From Bacteroidales bacterium (GTDB lineage Bacteria; Bacteroidota; Bacteroidia; Bacteroidales; JAADJA01): a stretch of DNA of 64,000 bases. The notes below the pieces were generated by a model. It worked only from the letters and a program-made list of their open reading frames with translations. It was not told the DNA's origin and ran no database searches. The DNA lies in NCBI GenBank assembly GCA_020052415.1, contig JAGVPB010000048.1, forward strand, positions 114,437 through 178,436, in the 5' to 3' direction. Every line of letters begins with the position of its first letter. The first letter of the stretch is position 1. This document shows positions 9,538 to 20,246 of this stretch, piece after piece. The position numbers were made by a program, and so were the translations under genes.

Positions 9538-11772
9538 ATGAAAATTAATACGCATCTCAAGTCCGTTCTGTTATTCATCCCTATCTTTGGAAATAGTTTA
9601 ATTTGTTACAATCAGGAGAATTACCTGCCTGAAAATAACACAGTTTCTTTTAACGGAACTTTTGTTAATAAAAATGTGGATGATGAATTTAAAGCCGCCT
9701 CTGATAACGGTCTGTTTAAAGCAATGTATGATATCGGAGCGGTTACGGATGAACAGCGTGAACTCCTCAATTTAAAATTATTCAGGGACGATCGGTTGTT
9801 ATATTTTATGGAAAGTGTACCAGGTTCAGATTTGTATATTTCAAATTCAGGTTATATGGCAGTGCTTGATATGCATTTACATTTTATTCAGCAGGTTTCA
9901 ATACGGTTTTATAATGATACCGGAAAATTTGTTTATTCGGATACATTTGAATATGCTTCCTTATTCGGATTTTCGCCCATGGGCGAAAAATTTGTTGTTG
10001 GGACAGATAAAGAACTAATGATCATCAATCTTCGAACCGGCAAGTCAAATTCAGTCGAATGTTGCAGCAAATTCGCTTTTTCAGAAGATGAACAAATCCT
10101 GGCAACTGCAAAAGAAAGTCGGTTAACCATATATGAACAATTTCAGCCGGTTTATAAAATAAACACAGGATTATTTTATCCAAGAGGGATCGCAGTATCT
10201 TCGGATAAAAAGAAAGTATATATAATTGACAAAAAGAATTTGAAAGCCTTCTCACTTTCGGATTATAATGAACTTTTCGTAAAGAAGTTGCCTGAAAACT
10301 ATTCCTACCGGAATCTCATGCCTGTTCCAAATGCTATTCTGGCCGGTGTTCACTATCGATACCAGGGAATTTCAAGTGGCATCCTGATGGTTTATAATTC
10401 CCAGGGAGATATTCTAAATGAAAAGGAATTAGCCACAAAAAACTATGACGAATTTCCTGAAACGAAAAGTCCGCAAAAATCTTCATCAAAATATGATCAA
10501 ATTCCATGGCCTTTTATTCCATTCGATGATGTGCATAAAGTATGGAATCATTACGAGCAACACATGGGTGACGGTACTGGTTACTGGGCTTATCTGCATC
10601 AGGGGCTCGATCTTGAAGTACCGATAGGGGAACCGGTTTATGCGGTTGAAGAAGGATATGTAAAGCTTGTGTTGACAATTGGCGGGGCTTCTTATTGGAG
10701 ACTGGCCATAAGTCCGGATCAGGTTTCAGGTTATTCAGACGGCTGGCTCTATGCACACCTGATTGAAAGCAGCATACAGGTTGATGTCGGTGATTACGTC
10801 GGGCTGCATGATTACCTGGGTGATATTATTTACTGGTCAGCTGACTGGGGTCATATTCATTTTGTTAATATTCACGACCAGGGAACGATCTGGTATTACG
10901 ATGATGATGAATGGGGAATCAATTTCAATCCCCTCCTTGCCCTGTATCCAATTACCGATGCTGTTGCTCCTGTAATTGAGAATTTTTCTACCGGTTCGAA
11001 ATTTGGTTTCTGTGCCAACGAAACAAGTAATTATCTTGATCCCGACAGTCTTTACGGAGATGTGGACATTATTCTTAAGATCAGCGATTACCATGGGGAT
11101 TCAGAATGGGAACAACCTGCATTCAAAACCTATTATTGGTTGAAAAGCTTACCAGATAACTCGCTTGTTTTTCCTAAAACGCTTGGACAGATTCTGAACC
11201 ATACCTATGAATTTTATAACGCTGGTGGTTATGAGGGTTATGCACCATTGATTTATAAAAAAGACAACCTTCACCCTTCGCCCCACTGGATGAATGAGTC
11301 AAGGGATTATTTTCAGATTTTGACCAACAATAATGGAGATTCTATTGCTGAACTTTCTGAAACCAACCTTGCTTTTCCAACCACAGATTATCCTGATGGT
11401 AATTATCGAATTTTCGTTGAAGCATGGGATGAATTTGGCAATATGGATTATGACAGTATGGATGTTAATTTTGATAATTTCAATACCGGATTCAGTGACA
11501 TTTCTTTTGTGAATAATAACATAAATTGTTTCCCTAATCCTGCTGCAGATTATACAACTTTTGAGTTTGATCCGGAGGATGAATTTTCTTCACCTGTAAC
11601 GATATCAATTTACAATAATTCAATGATGTTAATACAGAAATACCTTTATAATTCTGGTGACAGAAATAGCAGTCAGTTAAAAATAAACTTAGAGGGATTT
11701 ACAGGTGGATTATATTTTTATAAAATTGTAAAAGGAGACAATGAATTTACAGGTAAGCTGATCATTCGATAG
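9538..11772 (+). CDS. T9SS-secreted M23-family metallopeptidase with an N-terminal beta-rich (propeller-like) region
   Basis: HQGLD, YAHL and HIHF M23 motifs; C-terminal FPNP...G.YFYKI......KLII sorting domain. Confidence 0.8.
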   Translation: MKINTHLKSVLLFIPIFGNSLICYNQENYLPENNTVSFNGTFVNKNVDDEFKAASDNGLFKAMYDIGAVTDEQRELLNLKLFRDDRLLYFMESVPGSDLYISNSGYMAVLDMHLHFIQQVSIRFYNDTGKFVYSDTFEYASLFGFSPMGEKFVVGTDKELMIINLRTGKSNSVECCSKFAFSEDEQILATAKESRLTIYEQFQPVYKINTGLFYPRGIAVSSDKKKVYIIDKKNLKAFSLSDYNELFVKKLPENYSYRNLMPVPNAILAGVHYRYQGISSGILMVYNSQGDILNEKELATKNYDEFPETKSPQKSSSKYDQIPWPFIPFDDVHKVWNHYEQHMGDGTGYWAYLHQGLDLEVPIGEPVYAVEEGYVKLVLTIGGASYWRLAISPDQVSGYSDGWLYAHLIESSIQVDVGDYVGLHDYLGDIIYWSADWGHIHFVNIHDQGTIWYYDDDEWGINFNPLLALYPITDAVAPVIENFSTGSKFGFCANETSNYLDPDSLYGDVDIILKISDYHGDSEWEQPAFKTYYWLKSLPDNSLVFPKTLGQILNHTYEFYNAGGYEGYAPLIYKKDNLHPSPHWMNESRDYFQILTNNNGDSIAELSETNLAFPTTDYPDGNYRIFVEAWDEFGNMDYDSMDVNFDNFNTGFSDISFVNNNINCFPNPAADYTTFEFDPEDEFSSPVTISIYNNSMMLIQKYLYNSGDRNSSQLKINLEGFTGGLYFYKIVKGDNEFTGKLIIR

Positions 11773-11782
11773 CCGGTTAGTT

Positions 11783-12745
11783 TTATTTCTGTTCAAAAGG
11801 ATGCTTCAAGAGAAAATCTGGCTGGTAAAATTCTGAGCTGTTTGGTTCCTGGATCCAGCCTTTTGAAAAACCCAGACGCTCCATCTCACGAATCACAGTT
11901 TTGTATTCATTTGCCGAAATAGTCCTTTTCAGGTTGGGATGTTCCGTGACAAAATCATTCGGATAGTATTGCGACATAAGCGAAAGGTGTACATTAACAG
12001 AAATTTCCTGTGCAATATACTGCAGTACTGAAATGCTGTTTTCAACATATCCCGGAAGTACAAGGTGCCGAATAATCAAACCGGATTCTGCATAGTTATT
12101 AGCATTTGTCAGTATTGTCGAACCCTTTTGTCTGTACATTTCCCCTATGGCTTTTGACGCGTACTTTGAATAAAACGGTGCATCCGAAAGGGATACTGCA
12201 AGGGAATCGTCCATATATTTGAAATCAGGGAGATAAACATCCACCAGGCCATTAAGCAATTGTATTGATGATACTTTATCATAACCACCGGTATTAAAAA
12301 CGATGATCGGATTTCTTCCGATTTTTTTAAGGGCTTTAATTATTACAATGACCTGGGGAATATTATGCGAAGGAGAAACAAAACCAACGGCCTCCACGCC
12401 TGTATCGAGTATGGCAACTATTTGTTCAAGTATTTCACGAAGCTCATGCCTGTGGTTTAAAACTTCGCCTGAATTTCGGCTGATCTGATAATTCTGGCAA
12501 TAGACACACTGAATGTTACACCGGCTGAAAAATATATTGCATATTCCATTATCGCCGGAAATTACCGGTTCCTCTCCTTTATGAATACATATTGAAGAAA
12601 TATTGAAAAATGAATCAGTTCGGCAATATCCCGTATTTTCTGAAAACCTGTCGGAGTTACAATTCCGTGGACAAAAACTACAATTCTTAAGATTACCCAG
12701 GTATTGGCTTATTTCTTCAAAATTAATATTTGCAAATGTGTCCAA
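11783..12745 (-). CDS. Radical SAM protein, PflX / PFL-activating-enzyme-like
   Basis: C..CPR.C..DR, H.GEEP, CNIQCVYCQN, YLPDFKY and IIRHLVLPG motifs. Confidence 0.88.
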   Translation of the reverse strand: MDTFANINFEEISQYLGNLKNCSFCPRNCNSDRFSENTGYCRTDSFFNISSICIHKGEEPVISGDNGICNIFFSRCNIQCVYCQNYQISRNSGEVLNHRHELREILEQIVAILDTGVEAVGFVSPSHNIPQVIVIIKALKKIGRNPIIVFNTGGYDKVSSIQLLNGLVDVYLPDFKYMDDSLAVSLSDAPFYSKYASKAIGEMYRQKGSTILTNANNYAESGLIIRHLVLPGYVENSISVLQYIAQEISVNVHLSLMSQYYPNDFVTEHPNLKRTISANEYKTVIREMERLGFSKGWIQEPNSSEFYQPDFLLKHPFEQK

Positions 12746-12814
12746 ATCAAATACCTTTCCAAATGAAAATTCAAATGTATTAATTTATCAACAAAAATTA
12801 TTTAATAAGTTTAA

Positions 12815-12846
12815 TTTGAATTTCAATTAAATATCAAATATCTTTG
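12815..12846 (+). promoter_or_regulatory. Putative Bacteroidota sigma-A promoter
   Basis: TTTG (12815-12818), 20 nt, then TATCTTTG (12839-12846). Confidence 0.55.
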
Positions 12847-13169
12847 CCAGCGTCTTTGTCAGGAAAATAGATTCCTCAACTTCTCAGCTAAAATAGTTTA
12901 GCAATCCCGGAAGAAAAATATTTTTCTTTTGGTTTAGCTCGTTTAACTAAAATTTGACAGATACATTAAAAATAACCTGTCAGCTATCTTTTTTCATACA
13001 GAGTATTTACACTCGAATCCTGATTCCGGCAAATTTCAGGTATTAATTTTTATCTTGTCTTGAATTTCAATTTTAATTATTATTTATTCGTTTATCTCTA
13101 TAGTTTCAGTCAAACGGATTGAATTAATAGTTTAATAATTAGTTAAATATTATTTAAGTAGTTTATATT

Positions 13170-13643
13170 ATGTTCAACACATTACAAAATCCGGGACTTT
13201 ATAGTTTTCCTTATGATTATTCCCAATTTTCATTAAGCCCATATTCATTCAAAAAATTGGTTAGTATAACTCCTGACTGGAAGAATAAAAACATACTCAT
13301 TGTGGAGGACGACGAAACAAATGCCTATTTGCTTAAGGCTTATTTAACAAAAACAAAAGCCACAATTATTGAAGTCAGGAATGGAAAGCAGGCAGTCGAA
13401 CTTTGTGCATCAAACCTCACTATAGACCTTGTATTAATGGACATCCGTCTTCCGGAAATGAATGGATATAATGCTACAAAATTAATTAAATCAGCGAATC
13501 ATAAATTACCCGTGATTGCTCAAACTGCTTATGCTCTTGACGCTGATGTACATAACGCATTTGAAGCAGGTTGCGACGATTTCCTTGCAAAGCCAATTTC
13601 ACAACAGGAACTTTTTTCTGTTTTATCAAAGTTTCTTCGCTAA
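13170..13643 (+). CDS. Stand-alone response regulator receiver domain
   Basis: ILIVEDD, VLMDIRLP.MNG, AQTA and AGCDDFLAKP motifs. Confidence 0.9.
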   Translation: MFNTLQNPGLYSFPYDYSQFSLSPYSFKKLVSITPDWKNKNILIVEDDETNAYLLKAYLTKTKATIIEVRNGKQAVELCASNLTIDLVLMDIRLPEMNGYNATKLIKSANHKLPVIAQTAYALDADVHNAFEAGCDDFLAKPISQQELFSVLSKFLR

Positions 13644-13791
13644 AATTTATTTAAAAGCCTGAATTATTTAATTCCATGTTCAGGTATTAGTATTACAACA
13701 TTCCCTATTAACAAATCGTTTTAAAAATAAGGCGGGTTATTATTGACTTTTCAGGTGAAATTTCTTACATTTGTCCGAAACTTATTTTTTG

Positions 13792-14283
13792 ATGAATAAA
13801 GATGAATTTATGAAAAATCTATCAGAAAGCACGAAAAGTCCGGATCAGCCATTCAATTATTCGTTGTTGCGTTACAGTTCCTATTCATTCAACAAGGTAG
13901 TGAATAAGATTCCCAACTGGAGAGACAAGAATATTCTGATTGTTGATTCCGATGAAACTGATGCCTGCATGTTAAAAAATTATTTAACAAAAACCAGGGC
14001 AACCCTTATTAATGTCCCAAATGGCAAAAAAGCCATCGAATTATGTTCGACCAATCTCCCAATTGACCTCGTTATCCTGGATATCAGAATTCCAGAGATG
14101 AAAGGACACAGAGCAGCCCGTTCAATTAAAGCAACAAAACGAACTCTTCCGTTGATAGCTCAGGCATGCTTTGCTAAGAAAGAAGAAATTAAAAAGGCAT
14201 TTGATGCCGGTTGCGATGAATTTCTTGAAAAACCAATTTCGCAGGAATTATTATTCAAAGTTTTATCCAAATTTTTACACTAA
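13792..14283 (+). CDS. Stand-alone receiver domain, degenerate paralog of the upstream gene
   Basis: ILIVDSD, VILDIRIP, AQAC and AGCDEFLEKP. ATG 13792 or 13810 preferred because the TTG at 13771 overlaps a TACATTTG promoter motif. Confidence 0.85.
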   Translation: MNKDEFMKNLSESTKSPDQPFNYSLLRYSSYSFNKVVNKIPNWRDKNILIVDSDETDACMLKNYLTKTRATLINVPNGKKAIELCSTNLPIDLVILDIRIPEMKGHRAARSIKATKRTLPLIAQACFAKKEEIKKAFDAGCDEFLEKPISQELLFKVLSKFLH

Positions 14284-14349
14284 GTAATTGATTATTATTA
14301 TCTTTTTACTTTACTCATTGCCTTTCGTCTCTAATGTTAAAAATTATAT

Positions 14350-14380
14350 TTTGACATATCCTCAGGGGAATCTAATTTTG
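14350..14380 (+). promoter_or_regulatory. Putative Bacteroidota sigma-A promoter of guaA
   Basis: TTTG (14350-14353), 19 nt, then TAATTTTG (14373-14380), 20 nt before the ATG. Confidence 0.65.
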
Positions 14381-14400
14381 CATCCACATTAAAAATCGGC

Positions 14401-15930
14401 ATGCAGGAAACCATTTTAATCCTTGATTTTGGTTCTCAATATACTCAGCTTATTGCCAGGCGTGTAAGAGAACTTAATGTCTATTGTGAAATCCACCCTT
14501 ATCACACTTTTCCTCAATCCGATAACAGCATTAAAGGTGTAATTCTTTCCGGAAGCCCTTTCTCAGTAAGGGATGTCAATGCACCCGAGGTAAATGAATC
14601 TCTTTTGAAAAGTCAGCTTCCTGTATTGGGTGTTTGTTATGGAGCGCAGTTTATTGCGAATGCAAACGGTGGTCATGTACAAGCCTCCGGGATCAGGGAA
14701 TACGGTAGGGCAAATTTATCTATTATCCAGCCAGAAAACCCTTTAATGAAAGGGCTTACATCCGGAAGCCAGGTTTGGATGTCGCATGGAGATACAATAC
14801 TAGAAATACCTGAAAACTTTAATGTGATTGCCAGTACGGCTGATGTACGTATTGCAGGTTATGCAATGGCAGAAAAACCCATTTACGGAATTCAGTTCCA
14901 TCCCGAAGTTTACCATACCACAGAAGGAATAATTCTCCTGAAAAATTTTGTTGTAAATATATGCAGTTGCTCCCAATCCTGGACTCCCGAATCTTTCATT
15001 GAAACTACTATTGCCAATCTCAGAAGTAAATTAGGAAATGACAAAGTAGTACTCGGCCTTTCCGGTGGAGTGGATTCATCAGTCACAGCTGTGATTCTTG
15101 ATAAAGCTATCGGTAAAAACCTTTACTGCATTTTTGTGGATAACGGACTTTTAAGAAAAAATGAGTTCACAACAGTTTTGGATTCTTACCTTCACATGGG
15201 TTTGAACGTAAAGGGAGTTGATGCAAAGGAGCGTTTTTACAAAGCCCTGAAAGGAATAAGTGAGCCTGAAAAAAAGCGTAAGGCTATAGGAAATACTTTC
15301 ATCGAAGTGTTTGATGAAGAAGCGCATAGAATTCATGATGTAAAATGGCTTGCCCAGGGAACGATCTATCCTGATGTGATTGAATCGAAATCGGTAAAGG
15401 GTCCCTCATCTACAATAAAATCCCACCATAATGTGGGAGGATTGCCTGATTTTATGAAACTTAGTATTATTGAACCTCTGAATACATTGTTCAAAGATGA
15501 AGTAAGAAAAATCGGTAAGAAACTGAACATGGATACCAACCTTCTGAACCGGCATCCATTTCCGGGACCCGGACTTGGCATACGAATTCTTGGGGAAATC
15601 ACAGAAGAACGGGTAAAGGTTTTACAGGATGCAGATCATATTTTCATTGAAGGGCTTAAAAATTCCGGATTATATGATAAAGTTTGGCAGGCCGGAGTAA
15701 TATTACTGCCTGTGCAATCGGTTGGGGTGATGGGCGATGAGAGAACATACGAGGAAGTTGTTGCTCTTCGGGCAGTGGGGTCAACAGACGGCATGACGGC
15801 CGACTGGTCGCATTTACCATTTGATTTTTTATCAAAAATTTCAAATGAAATCATCAATAAAGTGAAAGGTGTGAACAGGGTTGTTTATGACATCAGTTCC
15901 AAGCCACCTGCCACAATAGAATGGGAATAG
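14401..15930 (+). CDS. guaA: GMP synthase (glutamine-hydrolysing)
   Basis: [31 protein letters not shown] and KPPATIEWE motifs. Confidence 0.99.
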   Translation: MQETILILDFGSQYTQLIARRVRELNVYCEIHPYHTFPQSDNSIKGVILSGSPFSVRDVNAPEVNESLLKSQLPVLGVCYGAQFIANANGGHVQASGIREYGRANLSIIQPENPLMKGLTSGSQVWMSHGDTILEIPENFNVIASTADVRIAGYAMAEKPIYGIQFHPEVYHTTEGIILLKNFVVNICSCSQSWTPESFIETTIANLRSKLGNDKVVLGLSGGVDSSVTAVILDKAIGKNLYCIFVDNGLLRKNEFTTVLDSYLHMGLNVKGVDAKERFYKALKGISEPEKKRKAIGNTFIEVFDEEAHRIHDVKWLAQGTIYPDVIESKSVKGPSSTIKSHHNVGGLPDFMKLSIIEPLNTLFKDEVRKIGKKLNMDTNLLNRHPFPGPGLGIRILGEITEERVKVLQDADHIFIEGLKNSGLYDKVWQAGVILLPVQSVGVMGDERTYEEVVALRAVGSTDGMTADWSHLPFDFLSKISNEIINKVKGVNRVVYDISSKPPATIEWE

Positions 15931-15985
15931 AAAAGTTATTGATGTGAACCGCTTTTAATATTTTATTTAGCAAATTGCAGAATTC

Positions 15986-18292
15986 GTGAAAAAAACTCTA
16001 ATCATTCTCTTAATTTCATTCCTGCTTAATGGATGGATAGTCGCACAGCAGGGAAGCCAGATAAAACGCTCGGAAGTCATAGAGAATATTAATGGTACAA
16101 AATGCTATCTGCACTTTATAAAGCCGGGCGAAACTCTCTATGAAATTGCAAAGGCTTATAATGTTGATCCGGAAGAAATATTCGTCAATAATCCGGAGTC
16201 GAAAAAAGAAATCAAAGCAGGTAAAATTCTAAAAATCCCTTACAAGGAATTAAAGAAAATCAACGACACGGAAAACGTTACAAATACTGATTTTGCACTA
16301 TATACTGTAAAAAGCAAGGAGACATTGTATGGTATCTCAAAAAAATTCGGGATCGAAATTCAACAGATTAGAAGCCTGAACCCGGGATTAAGTGAATCAT
16401 TAATTGAGGGTCAGATAATAAAATTACCATCAACTGAGAAAAGCGTAATTGGAACAGAACCCTCAACTGAAGATAAATCGTTAACGCACACCGTGCTTGC
16501 CGGTGAAACCCTTTATAGTATTGCGAAAAAATATAATGTCAAAATTAAAGAAATTGAAAAAATCAATCCTGAAAATGGAGGGCAGATCAGGGTTGGGCAG
16601 AAGTTGAATATTCCTGCAACAAGCGATAATGAAATAAAGCAGAATAATACCGTTGGCACTAGTGCCAAACAGCTGAAAAAACATACGGTGGTTGCAGGAG
16701 AAACCATATTTAGCATTGCCAAAGCCAATTCGGTAGAAACTGACAGCATCTTGAAATATAATCCTGGATTGACCCAGAACATTTCTGTAGGCCAGGTAAT
16801 ACTTATACCCGTTTCCGGGGAGGTCAGTTTTATCTGGCACAAAGCCGAAAAAAATGACAAGCTTCAAAATATTGCTGACAAATACAATGTGGCCTATGAT
16901 GAAATTATAGCCATGAACCAGGGGATCCAGAAGAAAATAGAAAAAGGCCAATTGATTAAAATACCAGTTAATAAAAACACTACCGTTATCGAAAAGGAAG
17001 ATTTAGATGAATCAATGGGTAATGAGACCGGAGACAGGAAATGCAATAATATTGAAAAGAATAAACTTTTGGAATATAAGGTTGCTCTTATGCTGCCCTT
17101 GTACCTTGAGCAAGCGGATAGCCTTGTTATAGACAGTCTTACCGATGTTTCGGAAATGGCGAAACTTCCCTCCCTAAAATTTATACAGTTTTACGAGGGA
17201 TTTAAGATGGCTTTAGATTCGATGAATAAAGAAGGAATGAATTTGACTCTCCATGTTTATGATCTGGATAATTCATCAGCAAAGATCAATGCCGTTTTGA
17301 ATAGTCCGGGCCTTGAAAAGATGGATTTGATCATTGGCCCCTTTTACAGTGAGAGCTTCAGCAAAATAGCCGAATATGCCAAAACAAACAGGATCAGGAT
17401 TGTTAATCCTCTTTCGGTAAGAGAAGAAATACTCATTGGAAATCCGTTTGTTTTTAAAATAAAACCATCGGTATCCTCACAGTCCGACAGGATTTCTTCA
17501 TTTATCATGCAGCATTATTCCCGGTACAATATTATTATTATCAGACAAAACAGGTACAAATACCAGGAGGAGGTTTCATTTATTAAGAATTTTCTGAATG
17601 GTCATCGCCCTACCGGCATTTACTATAAGAATAAATCAATAATAGAAAATTTAAAGTTAAGGGAATTGGATAAAGTATTTTCGGAAAATAACCTTTTTTC
17701 GATTGAACGGTTGTCATCGAAAATCAATGACAGCACTTACTTCAGTAATATGGTCAGGGAAGTAGTTTTTGCTGATGACAGTAATTTCCGGCTCAAACCT
17801 AACTTTTCAGCTATACGTCACAACCTGGTAATAGCATTCAGCGATGATAAAGTATTTTCACAGGAACTGATGTCACAGTTGAATAAAATTGCAGAAAATT
17901 ATGAGATTTCATTATTAGGCTGTCATGAATGGGAAAAATTTGAGGACCTGGAACCTGAATATCTTGAAAATCTGAATGTGCATTGGCTTACCTCAACACT
18001 TGTGAGTTATGATGATCCTCTGACGAGAAAATGGATAACAGATTTCAGGAATATTTATAAAACAGAACCAGCTATTGATAAATATGCCTTTGACGGATTC
18101 GATATCGGATGGTATTTTCTGAATGCACTCTGCCGGTTTGGAAATGAATTCGATGATTGCCTCAAAGATTATCATATCAGGATGTTACAAACCACATTTG
18201 ATTTTGAACAACTGAAAGGCAATGGTTTTGAAAATACCTACTGGAATGTTGGGATGCATTATGATTACAGGTTTATCAGGGCAGGAAAATGA
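15986..18292 (+). CDS. Multi-LysM peptidoglycan-binding protein with a C-terminal periplasmic-binding-protein-like domain
   Basis: Five LysM-like units (e.g. HTVLAGETLYSIAKKYNV), then VALMLPL...FYEG...DLIIGP. Confidence 0.88.
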   Translation: MKKTLIILLISFLLNGWIVAQQGSQIKRSEVIENINGTKCYLHFIKPGETLYEIAKAYNVDPEEIFVNNPESKKEIKAGKILKIPYKELKKINDTENVTNTDFALYTVKSKETLYGISKKFGIEIQQIRSLNPGLSESLIEGQIIKLPSTEKSVIGTEPSTEDKSLTHTVLAGETLYSIAKKYNVKIKEIEKINPENGGQIRVGQKLNIPATSDNEIKQNNTVGTSAKQLKKHTVVAGETIFSIAKANSVETDSILKYNPGLTQNISVGQVILIPVSGEVSFIWHKAEKNDKLQNIADKYNVAYDEIIAMNQGIQKKIEKGQLIKIPVNKNTTVIEKEDLDESMGNETGDRKCNNIEKNKLLEYKVALMLPLYLEQADSLVIDSLTDVSEMAKLPSLKFIQFYEGFKMALDSMNKEGMNLTLHVYDLDNSSAKINAVLNSPGLEKMDLIIGPFYSESFSKIAEYAKTNRIRIVNPLSVREEILIGNPFVFKIKPSVSSQSDRISSFIMQHYSRYNIIIIRQNRYKYQEEVSFIKNFLNGHRPTGIYYKNKSIIENLKLRELDKVFSENNLFSIERLSSKINDSTYFSNMVREVVFADDSNFRLKPNFSAIRHNLVIAFSDDKVFSQELMSQLNKIAENYEISLLGCHEWEKFEDLEPEYLENLNVHWLTSTLVSYDDPLTRKWITDFRNIYKTEPAIDKYAFDGFDIGWYFLNALCRFGNEFDDCLKDYHIRMLQTTFDFEQLKGNGFENTYWNVGMHYDYRFIRAGK

Positions 18293-18372
18293 TCCTGGTA
18301 TTTAAAATGGCAGGTTTTAGTTTTGGGATTACAATTTTTATAATAACTTTGCCTAAATTTCTTTGAAATAAT

Positions 18373-19338
18373 ATGCTTAGCAGAAGGCACCTGAGAATTA
18401 AAGTTTTACAGGCATTATATGCATTCACCCAGTCGAAAAACAACCGGCTCGACCTTGGAGAAAAAGAATTGCTGAGAAGCCTGGATAAACTTTATGAACT
18501 GTTTATTTACCAATTATCGCTGATCATCGAGATCATCAATTTTGCCCATAAGCGTCTCGAAGAAAACAAACTTAAATTCTTTCCATCAGACGATGATCTT
18601 AATCCGAGTACCCGCTTTATTGAAAATAAATTTTACATTGCATTAAGCAACAACCATGACTTCCTGAAATATTGCGAAAGGTATGCCATCAATTGGGCAG
18701 ATGAACAGGAAATGATCCGGAAATTTGTGATTCTTATCAGGGAAAGCAAGGAATATAAGGAATACATGAATGCCGAAGTATGCTCGTTTAAAACGGATAG
18801 GGAGATATTTGTTACAATTTTCAAGAAGATCATTTCACATTCCGAAATTTTACAGTTTTATTACGAAGAAAAAAACATCTATTGGTATGACGATTTTTTT
18901 GTATCGAGCCTGATGGCTATTAAAGTAATAAAATCGTGGGAACCGCATTGGGACGAAAATCACAAGCTGCCTCATATATTCGAAGGCGATAACTTGTCGA
19001 ATGGTAATGAAGATAAGGAATTTATAATTAATCTTTTTAGAAAAAGCATTTTAAGAAGCGATGAATACGAAAAGCTGATTGACAATAAAGTTAAAAACTG
19101 GGAAATGGACCGTATTGCCGTCATTGACGTAATTTTAATTAAAATGGCCCTTGTCGAATTGATGGAATCACCTTCAATCCCAATCAAAGTCACACTCAAT
19201 GAGTATATTGAACTTGCCAAGATGTACAGCACGCCAAAAAGCAAGCTCTTTGTAAATGGTATTCTTGATAAACTTATTGTTGATCTCAGGGAACAGAACC
19301 TCATTCAGAAAACAGGGAGAGGATTGATGGAGGAGTAG
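18373..19338 (+). CDS. nusB: Transcription antitermination factor NusB (long Bacteroidota form)
   Basis: MLSRRHLRIKVLQALYA N-terminus; NEYIELAK.YSTPKSKLFVNGILD C-terminus. Confidence 0.95.
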   Translation: MLSRRHLRIKVLQALYAFTQSKNNRLDLGEKELLRSLDKLYELFIYQLSLIIEIINFAHKRLEENKLKFFPSDDDLNPSTRFIENKFYIALSNNHDFLKYCERYAINWADEQEMIRKFVILIRESKEYKEYMNAEVCSFKTDREIFVTIFKKIISHSEILQFYYEEKNIYWYDDFFVSSLMAIKVIKSWEPHWDENHKLPHIFEGDNLSNGNEDKEFIINLFRKSILRSDEYEKLIDNKVKNWEMDRIAVIDVILIKMALVELMESPSIPIKVTLNEYIELAKMYSTPKSKLFVNGILDKLIVDLREQNLIQKTGRGLMEE

Positions 19339-19340
19339 TG

Positions 19341-19518
19341 GGTTCAAGGTTCAAGGTTTAAGGTTTAAGGTTTCGGGTTTCGGGTTTCAGGTTTCGGGTT
19401 TCAGGTTTCGGGTTTCAGGTTTCGGGTTTCAGGTTTCAGGTTTCGGGTTTCAGGTTTCGGGTTTCAGGTTTCAGGTTTGATGTTTCATCTCGCCGTAGGC
19501 GTGACAGGTTTCAGGTTT
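19341..19518. repeat. Heptamer tandem array, ~20 x GGTTTCR/GGTTYAA, with an embedded TCTCGCC-GTA-GGCGTGACA hairpin
   Basis: Read directly: 20 units at 19341-19480, hairpin at 19488-19506. Confidence 0.95.
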
Positions 19519-19597
19519 GTGATACAAAGTTTTTCAAATATTTATTGATTTGCATTTCAGGATTTGCGAAATTTGCTTCTTATTTCAAAATTCGGAC

Positions 19598-20242
19598 ATG
19601 AAATTTTTTGCATTATTTATAAATACTAATCTTTTTCTTTTATTCTTTTTGATCCTGATGATCCCGGGTTGTATTAATTCAGGCAAGGAGTCAGGTGATC
19701 AATCAAGTGATACAGTATCAAAAACTATTTCCAACAAGAAAGAATCTCCCAGACTCGTTTATGACAACCAGGGAAATATTACCGAGCGTCATTCGGTTTC
19801 ATACCGTCAAAAAGATAATTCTGTCAGATCGCGCGACAGTTATTATTACAAATATGATGAACATAAAAATGTGATCGAAGAAACTAAGAAATCTCACGAT
19901 CCTAATGGTAACCTGGTTTTCAAAAATGTTAATTTTTACTATTTCAATGACCTGAACCAGAAAGTTGAGCAAAAATTCTTCAGCTATGACGCAAATGACG
20001 TTTTAAACCAGCAGTCACGCAATACTTATTCCTATGATAAAGATGGTAACGTTTTGCAGGAGAAAAGCTGGTACGAGAACGGTTCACTAAAATCCATCAT
20101 CAATTCGAGCCGAAACTCAGAAGGTTACCTGACAGCAGAAGAATATATCAATTTCGATATTGACGGTACAAAAAAGTATCATAAAAAATTTCATTACTCA
20201 AAATATGGCCTCGAAAAAACCGAGGACCTAATGCAGAAATAA
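19598..20242 (+). CDS. Hypothetical lipoprotein with YD-like beta-hairpin repeats
   Basis: Lipobox IPGC; repeated Y.YD..GN units. Confidence 0.7.
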   Translation: MKFFALFINTNLFLLFFLILMIPGCINSGKESGDQSSDTVSKTISNKKESPRLVYDNQGNITERHSVSYRQKDNSVRSRDSYYYKYDEHKNVIEETKKSHDPNGNLVFKNVNFYYFNDLNQKVEQKFFSYDANDVLNQQSRNTYSYDKDGNVLQEKSWYENGSLKSIINSSRNSEGYLTAEEYINFDIDGTKKYHKKFHYSKYGLEKTEDLMQK

Positions 20243-20246
20243 CATC

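Noticed and set aside
11783-12745. PflX-like radical SAM as the AmrS partner of amrA
   Set aside because: It is 7.5 kb away on the opposite strand and its motifs fit the PflX group better; no amrB is present.
19341-19518. Heptamer arrays as CRISPR or as an assembly artefact
   Set aside because: There are no spacers; the units vary in an ordered way and the same families recur at several loci, which argues against artefact.
19598-20242. YD-repeat ORF as an Rhs toxin
   Set aside because: Too short, has a lipoprotein signal, and lacks the Rhs core DPxG motif, a toxin tip and an immunity gene.
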